This document shows, in pieces, positions 22,525-32,313 of a DNA stretch of 64,000 nucleotides. The position numbers and the translations under genes are program-made. The first letter of the stretch is position 1; each line of letters opens with the position of its first letter. Where the stretch lies: positions 3,296,001 to 3,360,000 of the forward strand of contig OY730476.1 of NCBI GenBank assembly GCA_963422735.1. The letters are read 5' to 3'. Source of the DNA: Candidatus Latescibacterota bacterium. Lineage in GTDB: Bacteria; Latescibacterota; UBA2968; UBA8231. A model generated the notes under the pieces. That model searched no databases and was not told the DNA's origin. It was given only the letters and a program-made list of their open reading frames with translations.

Positions 22525-22746
22525 ATGGAGTTTGCGTATATGGGTGCCGGAATTGGCATGGGGCTTTGTGCAGTTGGTGCAGGGTTGGGCATCGGCCTTC
22601 TAGCCGGCTCAGCACTGGAGGGCGTCGCCCGCCAGCCCGAAGCCGTAGGCGATATCCGCACCAATATGATCCTGACGGCCGCTCTGGTCGAAGGCGTGGC
22701 CCTGATCGGCGAGGTGTTTTGCCTGCTGATCGTGCTGACCAAGTAG
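22525..22746 (+). CDS. atpE: ATP synthase F0 subunit c
   Basis: MEFAYMGAG..GAGLGIG..ARQPE..LVEGVAL; GGGAG RBS upstream. Confidence 0.95.
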   Translation: MEFAYMGAGIGMGLCAVGAGLGIGLLAGSALEGVARQPEAVGDIRTNMILTAALVEGVALIGEVFCLLIVLTK

Positions 22747-22756
22747 TACAAGTCTT

Positions 22757-23248
22757 ATGTTACTTGATCCCCACTTGGGGCTCATAATATGGACGATCAT
22801 CACCTTCTTGGTGGTGCTCCTCGTCCTCAGAAAATTCGCTTGGCCTCAGCTTTTGGCTGTCCTCGACGAGCGCGAGCGACGCATCAGCGATGCGCTCGCC
22901 AAGGCCGAGCAGGCGCACCAAGAGGCCGAAAAGGTCTTGCGCGAGCACCAGCAGAAGCTCGCCGTCGCCGATGAAGAGGCGCGGAAGATCGTGGCCGAGG
23001 CCCGCGAGGCTGGGGCGCACGTGCGGCAGCGAATCGTCTCCCAAGCGCGGGAAGAGGCGGAGCGGATGCTCGACCAAGCGCGGACCAGTATCGAAAGCGA
23101 GAAGCGCGCCGCCATTGCGGAGCTGCGCCTCGAGACGGCCAATCTCGCGATTCAAGCCGCTGGTGCGCTGATTGACGCCAATTTGGACGACGAGAAAAAC
23201 CGCGGCCTAGTCGACGACTTGATCTCCAGAATTCCCGAGTCCAATTGA
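22757..23248 (+). CDS. atpF: ATP synthase F0 subunit b
   Basis: N-terminal TM, KFAWP..LDERERRI, coiled coil. Confidence 0.94.
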   Translation: MLLDPHLGLIIWTIITFLVVLLVLRKFAWPQLLAVLDERERRISDALAKAEQAHQEAEKVLREHQQKLAVADEEARKIVAEAREAGAHVRQRIVSQAREEAERMLDQARTSIESEKRAAIAELRLETANLAIQAAGALIDANLDDEKNRGLVDDLISRIPESN

Positions 23249-23270
23249 ACGCTATCGTGCAAGCAGGACA

Positions 23271-23807
23271 ATGAACGCACCCGAAGTAGTACGACGCTAC
23301 GCAGCTACGCTACTGGAGGCCGCCGATGAAATGGGCGCGACCGCAGAGGTGCAGCAAGACGTCGAGCGGCTTTTGGAGACCGTGCGCCAATCCGACGAGT
23401 TGGCCGAATTTTTGGCCAACCCCCTAGCCGACAGCCAAGTTCAAGCGAATGTCCTGCGGGAGCTCTTCACCGGCAAAGTTGAGGTACTGATCCTGAACTT
23501 TCTTTGGCTCATGGCGGTTAGGGGTCGCGCCTCTATCGTCGGCGCGGCACTCGTAAATTTTCTCGATCAGGTCGCCGAGCGCGAGGGTATAATCAGCGCT
23601 GAGGTGCGCTCGGCCGTGACGCTGAGTGTGGAGCAGTGCCAGCACCTACAAGCGCGCTTAGAGCACCGCAGCGGCCGAACAGTGCGCTTGGATGTCCAAG
23701 TCGATGCCAGCTTGCGGGGCGGGGCAGTCGTCCGCGTTGGCGACACAGTATTTGACGGCAGTGTGAACACCTATCTGGAGCGCCTGCAAGCGCGTCTAGC
23801 CGGTTAG
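23271..23807 (+). CDS. atpH: ATP synthase F1 subunit delta
   Basis: RRYAATL, VDASLRGGAVVRVGDTVFDGSV. Confidence 0.93.
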   Translation: MNAPEVVRRYAATLLEAADEMGATAEVQQDVERLLETVRQSDELAEFLANPLADSQVQANVLRELFTGKVEVLILNFLWLMAVRGRASIVGAALVNFLDQVAEREGIISAEVRSAVTLSVEQCQHLQARLEHRSGRTVRLDVQVDASLRGGAVVRVGDTVFDGSVNTYLERLQARLAG

Positions 23808-23822
23808 TCAGCAGGAGGATCT

Positions 23823-25349
23823 ATGGCCACCGAAACGATAGTTCAGCCCGATGAGATTTCCCAAATCCTCAAGCAACAGCTATTGGGCTTTGAAAAAGAA
23901 ATAGACATATACGAGACGGGCACGGTGCTCTATGTCGGCGATGGCACGGCCCGCGTTCACGGTCTGAGCAACGTGCGGGCCACTGAATTGGTGGAATTTC
24001 CCCACGGCATTATGGGCATGGCCCTCAATCTCGAAGAAGACAACGTCGGCTGTGTGCTCTTCGGCGAGGACACCCTGATCAACGAAGGCGACCAAGTAAA
24101 GCGCACCGGCCGCATCGTCGAAGTGCCGGTGGGCGAGGGGTTGCTGGGTCGGGTGGTTAACCCGCTGGGACAGCCCCTCGACGGCAAGGGCGAGATCCAT
24201 GCTGCTCAGACCTTCCCCGTAGAGCGCAAGGCCCCGGGCGTGATTGACCGCCAGCCAGTCTTCGAAGCGCTACAGACGGGCATCAAGATCATCGATTCCA
24301 CCGTGCCCATCGGCCGCGGTCAGCGCGAGTTGATTATCGGCGATCGGCAAACCGGCAAGACGGCCATTGCCATTGATACCATCATCAACCAGAAGGACCA
24401 AGACGTCAAGTGCATCTACGTGGCCATTGGCCAAAAGTCCTCTACCGTCGCCAAAGTGGTGGCCGAGCTAGAGGCCAATGGTGCCATGGAATACACTATC
24501 GTGGTCTCGGCCACGGCGTCCGAGCCGGCGCCTTTGCAGTTTTTGTCGCCCTATGCTGGTGCCTCGATGGGCGAGTACTTCCGCGACAACGGTCAGCACG
24601 CGCTGATCATCTACGACGATCTGTCCAAACAGGCTTGGGCCTACCGCGAGATGTCGCTGGTCTTGCGCCGGCCCCCGGGCCGCGAAGCCTATCCGGGCGA
24701 TGTGTTCTATTTGCACTCGCGCCTATTGGAGCGCGCCGCCAAGATGAGCGATGAGAAGGGCGGTGGATCGCTGACAGCCCTGCCGATTATCGAAACCCTC
24801 GAAGGCGACGTATCGACTTTTATACCCACCAACGTCATCTCGATTACCGATGGCCAAATCTTGCTCAAGCCCGAGCTATTCTACTCGGGCAACAGGCCGG
24901 CCATGGACGTGGGGGCCTCGGTGTCGCGCGTGGGCAGCGATGCACAGACCAAGGCGATGAAAGCGGTGGCTAGGACTATCAAGGGCGATATTTCGCGCTA
25001 CAACGAAGTCAAGGCGTTCGCCCAGTTCGGCACCTCGGATCTGGACCAGGCCACGCGCAATCTGCTCAATCGCGGCGAGAAGCTGATGGAAATCCTCAAG
25101 CAGGATCAGTACTGCCCGCAGTCGCTCGCGGAGCTGACGGTCTCGTTGTCGATCATTGACCATGTGCTCGATCTACCCACGGCCGATATGGGCCGCTTTG
25201 AGGCCGAGTTGCTGACCCACATGCGGGATCACCAGTCCGAGATCATGAGGGAAATCTACGAGAGTCGCAATTTGAGCGACGAAGTTAGGGAAAAGCTCGA
25301 CGCGGCTATCGAAGAGTTCAAGGGCGGCTTCCGTCCTTCTGCGGGATAG
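23823..25349 (+). CDS. atpA: ATP synthase F1 subunit alpha
   Basis: [45 protein letters not shown]. Confidence 0.97.
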   Translation: MATETIVQPDEISQILKQQLLGFEKEIDIYETGTVLYVGDGTARVHGLSNVRATELVEFPHGIMGMALNLEEDNVGCVLFGEDTLINEGDQVKRTGRIVEVPVGEGLLGRVVNPLGQPLDGKGEIHAAQTFPVERKAPGVIDRQPVFEALQTGIKIIDSTVPIGRGQRELIIGDRQTGKTAIAIDTIINQKDQDVKCIYVAIGQKSSTVAKVVAELEANGAMEYTIVVSATASEPAPLQFLSPYAGASMGEYFRDNGQHALIIYDDLSKQAWAYREMSLVLRRPPGREAYPGDVFYLHSRLLERAAKMSDEKGGGSLTALPIIETLEGDVSTFIPTNVISITDGQILLKPELFYSGNRPAMDVGASVSRVGSDAQTKAMKAVARTIKGDISRYNEVKAFAQFGTSDLDQATRNLLNRGEKLMEILKQDQYCPQSLAELTVSLSIIDHVLDLPTADMGRFEAELLTHMRDHQSEIMREIYESRNLSDEVREKLDAAIEEFKGGFRPSAG

Positions 25350-25360
25350 GGGACTAAGCG

Positions 25361-27648
<2,288 letters not shown>

Positions 27649-27651
27649 TCC

Positions 27652-28053
27652 ATGTCCGCCTTCGCCTTAGAGGTAGTCACTCCAGAGCGGGTGGCCTACT
27701 CGGGGCAGGTTACCAGCCTGCAAGCACCCGGTAGCGAGGGGAGTTTCGGCGTCCTAGCCGGACACATACCGCTTTTGACCGCGTTGCAGGTCGGGAAGTT
27801 GCGTTTTGTCGAGGAGGGCGGCAGTGAGGTGCGAATGTCGGTCAGCGGTGGTTTTGTCGAGGTCGGGCGCGAGCAGGTCGCGGTGCTGGCCGAGACGGCC
27901 GAGCGCATTGAGGAAATCGATGTTGAGCGCGCTGAGGCGGCGCGGCGGCGGGCGGAGGAACGGTTGGCGCGGGCTCAGGAGGAGCGGGTCGATGTAGCGC
28001 GGGCCCAGGCGGCGCTGGCGCGGGCGATCAACCGAATTCGCACTCACGAGTAA
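27652..28053 (+). CDS. atpC: ATP synthase F1 subunit epsilon
   Basis: LEVVTPE, GSFGVLAGHIP, VSGGFVEV, C-terminal helical hairpin. Confidence 0.95.
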   Translation: MSAFALEVVTPERVAYSGQVTSLQAPGSEGSFGVLAGHIPLLTALQVGKLRFVEEGGSEVRMSVSGGFVEVGREQVAVLAETAERIEEIDVERAEAARRRAEERLARAQEERVDVARAQAALARAINRIRTHE

Positions 28054-28070
28054 GTTTTATAGGATTACCT

Positions 28071-28120
28071 GCCAAGCAAAAGGCACTTGCGAACGCAATC
28101 GCAAGTGCCTTTTGCTTGGC
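28071..28120. terminator. 22-bp perfect inverted repeat; probable (bidirectional) terminator of the atp operon
   Basis: GCCAAGCAAAAGGCACTTGCGA-ACGCAA-TCGCAAGTGCCTTTTGCTTGGC. Confidence 0.8.
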
Positions 28121-28198
28121 TAATGGTAGGCCGTGTGCAACCTTTTTCATAACCACTCACCGTCAGGTCCGAGACGAGAGAATAACGATTTAAAAAAA

Positions 28199-29125
28199 AC
28201 GTGAGTTCGGGATAGGTGAGCGACTCCTTTTTTGGCTAAACGTAGGTATGCCCACCATAAGCCCAGCCATCGAGGATCCCTCGCGATGAATTGGTCGAAT
28301 TGTTTTGCCATGTCGATGACTTTTGCCACGCCTTCGAGGCCCAGTGGATACGCCACCAAGTAACGACCGGGTGCCGTCGCTGTCGTCGTGCCGGTCAACT
28401 GTGTTTAAGCGAGATGATGACGGTGTTGATTTGGTTTCACTAGTCCCAGTACTGTAATTTCAAAGCCTTCTACCAGCCTCATGTCTGTCCGCACGTACGC
28501 GGCACTTTTCCCAGATTAGTCCGCTATGGGTGTTTTGTCGAGTTCATCCCTTCGACGCTGATTCCTGCGCCTATCTCCGTCCATGCCGTGGACTGCATGG
28601 GCATCTCGTTTATCGACTCGACGCCGTTGGCTGTATGTCATCCCCATCGTAGGCATTAGCACCGCCTCTTTGCCGGGCAGGCCCAATGGGCAAACGTTCG
28701 ACCGGTTGGTTTTGTCGCGCCTAAAGACGCGGTGAAGCGGGTTCAAGCTGCATCGGGTCGTCAATGATCGAAGGCAATTGCTCAACTTGGCGCTAACCCG
28801 AGGCAACGTCGATGATCGCAACCCCGTACCCGGCTTAGTGCGAGACCTGTTTGGCAAGCTGGTGGCTGACCGAGGGCATATTTCCAACAAGCGGGGCAAA
28901 CAACTGAAAGCACTCTTCGACCTCCAGTTGATTACCAAGCTCCGAGCCAACATGAAAAATCAACTCCTGCCGATGGCCGACAAACGCCTGCTGCTCCAAC
29001 GAACCCGGATCGAAACCATCATCGATCAACTCAAAAATATCGCCCAGATTGAACACACAAGGCATCGTAGCCCGATCGATTTTATGGTCCATCTCATCGG
29101 CGGATTAATTGCCTACTGCCATTGA
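28199..29125 (+). mobile_element. Degenerate IS982-family element (transposase pseudogene; right end lost)
   Basis: Left end ACGTGAGTTCGG resembles IS982 terminal repeats. Translation gives ELFCHVDDFC..LSEMMTVLIWFH* (stop at 28441), later LVADRGHIS..IETIIDQLKNIAQIEHTRHRS..IAYCH*; contains stops and frameshifts. Confidence 0.85.
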
Positions 29126-29129
29126 AATG

Positions 29130-29531
29130 ACCATAGAGGTGCTTTGAGTGAAAAGAACACTTCAGACAAAATCAAACGTAAAGGGGCTTCAATTGCTAAG
29201 TCTCCCCAACAATCGTTGGAGGTAGAGCCACTAACATTGCCCAAAAGAGCTTGGCATCTCCGGGAGCCCAAAATTTCAAAACGTACAGCGAATAACCTAC
29301 CAGAAAGCCCCCAAAGAAGACGAAAAGGAAATGAGCCACCGTGGTCTTTCCCATTAGGCAGAACAGGAGTTGACCAATGACTCCCACAGTCAGGAGAAGC
29401 CAGATAAGAGAATTCGGAATTACACGCGAACGTAAGTCGGTATAACTTGCAAAGATACCGAATCCCAAAACCGCCGCGAGAAGTATCAGCTCAATCAACT
29501 CGATCACCACTTCCCTAACAATGGAGGTCAA
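29130..29531 (-). pseudogene. A24-family prepilin-type aspartic peptidase, truncated/frameshifted
   Basis: YTDLRSRVIPN and PGDAKL catalytic-Asp motifs in a hydrophobic ORF (29196-29531). A shifted frame continues GDLAIEAPLRLILSEVFF up to the IS remnant. Confidence 0.75.
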
Positions 29532-29542
29532 CTAGGAGCGAG

Positions 29543-31144
29543 TTAAAATTCTACGGACACCGAAACGTTGTAAACCCGACGCCCTAGCGACCTACGGAGC
29601 TCGATGGGCTTTCCACTTGATGATGGGAAGTAAGAATAGCCTAAGACGTTATGCTGATCGAACACATTTGCTATTTCTTCGCGGAGGCGAAGCGTCTTCC
29701 GCCACAAACTAGTCGATTGAGTCATCCCGACATCAAATCTAAAATACGGTCTATCTCGTACACTGTTTCGTGGTCCATCAGTTAATTGTGGACGGCCGTC
29801 TTCCGACATGGCTACGACCTTTGGTGTGTGTGGAAAGCCAGTCCCATACAAAACGCGAATGTGAAATCGAGAGTACTCTAGAAAACGTATCCTCAAAAAG
29901 TCTAGGGACATCCTATCTTCGAGATACATGGATAAGGTATGACGCTGATCATTTGCTCGCGGAAGGTAGTCATGGCCATCTCTAATATTGGTATATGCTC
30001 TGATTCTCCCATGTTTTGCTGTTCACTCCATAGATATTCCTAGGAGATTGTCCTCGTAAGTGAAGTTCTCATGCCCGCTCGCGAAACCATGGAACGCATC
30101 GCATATTCTTTTGTGACGAAGAGCATAACAGTTGTAGCGGAGTGAGATTTCTTCTGGCCCCATGCCGAAGGTGCTTCTGAGAGTTGCCATATAGAGTGTT
30201 AGTTGACCGACTTGGGGATACTTTACTCTTATCTGAGTCTGCCAATCCCAAAACTTCCGATCAAATTGGCCGAAAATTTGAAGACCGCGAGAATCTCGGC
30301 CCAGATTGGCATAGCGTACGCCGCTAATGAAATCGAGAGATTGAGCGAGGTGGCCTTGGAGTGTGAAACTCTGAGTTGTTGCTGATAGGTCCAATATCCC
30401 TCTATTTTCCTTCTCATTCAGCTTGTAATTGGCATCGAGTACGCTGCTGAGTTTATCTCCGAATGCCACGGGAAATGAGATAGCCCGAAACGTCATGCTA
30501 TCAATCATTGCAGGATTCAACACTGAAAGGGTCTGAGCTAAACCTCGTCGTAGCAGAAGAGGTGGCTCCATGTCAACTCCGTTGATGTACAAAAGGTTCT
30601 GGTCGTAGTTGCCACCTTGAGCATTGTATAACCCGCTGAAGTCGTTGCCCGAGGTAATTCCGGGCAATACTTTCAGGTATCGTAAAGGGTCATTAGTCGG
30701 GGCAGGATATCTTCGCAATTCAATCGGTGAGATGGCGGTCTTTCCCTGCTCTGGTGTACTTGCCGAAGTGCTTATCACCACCTCGGAAATCTTAACTGGA
30801 TGAATTTGGAGCAAGATCAAGAGCGTCGAAGCTGACGAGTCCAAGTATGTCTGGATAGCACCACTGGAATAGGCAATATGGGAGTACTGCACCAATATGT
30901 GTCCTGGAGCTAATTCAAGATGAGTATTTCCTTTAATGTCTGTTATTGACGTATGTGGCGATCCTGCAACCTTCACGAACACCCCATTGACCGGCTCTCG
31001 TGTCAGGGAATCCAATGCAGTTACAGTAAGAGTAGCGGCCTCGCCTCTGGCATGAAATTGGAGAATTACAACGCAAGATAGGCACAGTGCAGGAAGACCC
31101 TGTATAGACCTGAGTTTATTGGACACAGACTCAAGCCTCCTCAT
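29543..31144 (-). pseudogene. TonB-dependent outer-membrane receptor with N-terminal carboxypeptidase-regulatory-like domain, interrupted
   Basis: Plug motifs DPLRYLKVLPGI, YNAQGGNYDQNLLYINGV, FGDKLSSVLD. In-frame TGA at 30023-30025, then the same frame continues (DYLPRANDQRHTLS..NVFDQHNV..YNVSVSVEF, terminal Phe). Short for the family, so probably also internally deleted. Confidence 0.8.
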
Positions 31145-31555
31145 GCGGTCAATAGACTTGAGTTTTTCTTGGCACACCTGAGCCGGGGTTTTGTTTCGTA
31201 CCCATTCCGCTTCAACATCCATTGCTCGTTATATTGATGCTTCCCTTCCATACTGGCAAAAAGGTATATCAGCACCTCGACAGTCCTGCCGCCTAAAGGC
31301 AGGATGAAGCAGGCGAGACAGCATCTCATACCGCTTTCACTGTCTGTCGTGTACTTAAGTATACCCACAGCAGATTTTCTTTGAGCAACAGGATAGGGCG
31401 TTCGGCACAGCCATTGTTGAAAATCATCCAACAATATAGGCCGAGCCGTATGCCGTACTTTGAGTACTATTGCGATGTGCTCGGCAGAGCTACCAACGTA
31501 GTGCCGAACGCTTTGGCGTATGGGTTACAGCACCTCACACCGATATACTTTACAT

Positions 31556-31753
31556 TCAACGACAGGGGTATTCGTAACAACTGCAACCAATCTTCTGTCC
31601 GAGTATATTGTACTTCATGTACATGCAGAGCCATAGTTTAATAGGTGCCGGAGGATATTGTCCACAAAGATTGTTGTAATCACATATAGTATAAGCAGTT
31701 TCGGCTCTCTGTACTGTACTAAACACGGCTACTATCGCGATGAGAGCGACCAC
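31556..31753 (-). CDS. Small Cys-rich secreted-type peptide (5' end uncertain)
   Basis: Hydrophobic leader VALIAIVAVFSTVQRAETA, then a 45-aa region with 6 Cys. GTG start without a clear RBS. Confidence 0.45.
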   Translation of the reverse strand: MVALIAIVAVFSTVQRAETAYTICDYNNLCGQYPPAPIKLWLCMYMKYNILGQKIGCSCYEYPCR

Positions 31754-31767
31754 TAGCCAGCTAATCG

Positions 31768-31950
31768 GTCGTAGCCTAGGACAGGCCGACTACCGACCCA
31801 TCTGTTCTTGCGCCGAGACGCCGACACCTTGTCCTGCCCGGAGATGCTATCCCGCTCGAACTGAGCGAAGGAGAGCAGGGTGTTTAGCGTGAGTCGGCCC
31901 GTGGAACTGGTGGTATTGAACTATTGCGCGACCCAGATGAAGCCAAGCCC
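31768..31950 (-). pseudogene. Serine recombinase (resolvase/large serine integrase) relic
   Basis: Manual translation GLGFIWVAQ*FNTTSSTGRLTLNTLLSFAQFERDSISGQDKVSASRRKNRWVGSRPVLGYD matches the family pattern QQFNTTTSMGRLTLNxLLSFAQFERE..RDK..G.W.GG..PLGYD. Confidence 0.85.
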
Positions 31951-32118
31951 ACCCTTTGTGTGGTCGGCTCGCGGGATATCTACCGGAGCAGGTTAAGAAA
32001 CGCCGACTTCCGGTTATCAAAAGGTAAAAAGTATATTAAACTAGACGCCTCGATAAACGGAGAATCGTGGGGATGCAAGGGGCAGCGCAAGCGTTTAAAA
32101 AAACGCCATATATATACA

Positions 32119-32148
32119 ACAAGCCCCCGATGATCATCGGGGGCTTGT
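32119..32148. terminator. 30-bp perfect palindrome downstream of the tRNA 3' end
   Basis: ACAAGCCCCCGATGA|TCATCGGGGGCTTGT. Confidence 0.6.
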
Positions 32149-32186
32149 GTTAAATAACAGACCACCAAAGTTGGCGGCTGGCCGTT

Positions 32187-32263
32187 TGGTAGCGGCGAAG
32201 GGACTCGAACCCCCGACCCATGGATTATGATTCCACTGCTCTAACCAACTGAGCTACGCCGCC
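32187..32263 (-). tRNA. tRNA with CAT anticodon (probably elongator Met)
   Basis: GGCGGCG-TAGCTCAGTTGGTTAGAGC-A-GTGGA-ATCATAA-TCCAT-GGGTC-GGGGGTTCGAGTCCCTT-CGCCGCT-ACCA cloverleaf. Paired first base, no GGG/CCC initiator anticodon stem; Ile2 not excluded. Confidence 0.95.
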
Positions 32264-32278
32264 AAAAACTTGCTTTAC

Positions 32279-32307
32279 AAGCTAGGCGGTGGGGGGGGCT
32301 CTGTCAA
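32279..32307 (-). promoter_or_regulatory. Sigma70 promoter of the tRNA
   Basis: On the minus strand: TTGACA (32307-32302), 17 bp, TAGCTT (32284-32279). Confidence 0.65.
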
Positions 32308-32313
32308 TAGGAC

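Noticed and set aside
28124-28136. TGGTAGGCCGTGT (minus strand ACACGGCCTACCA), resembling a tRNA 3' end or att site at the far end of the island
   Set aside because: Shares only CTACCA with the tRNA at 32187 (CGCCGCTACCA), too short to call a direct repeat. It could be a fragment of another tRNA, but this cannot be tested here.
30023-30025. Selenocysteine or genetic-code reassignment at the in-frame TGA
   Set aside because: TGA terminates many core genes in the window (aceE, aceF, nqrF, pfkA, pgk), and neighbouring island genes are also broken.
31141-31555. ORFs 31141-31434 (-) and 31381-31641 (+) inside the island
   Set aside because: No recognisable motifs or RBS; probably degraded sequence.
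31754-31801. Upstream in-frame ATG (MGR*SACP...) as the original start of the Cys-rich peptide, with TAG readthrough
   Set aside because: That DNA is better explained as the serine recombinase relic in another frame.
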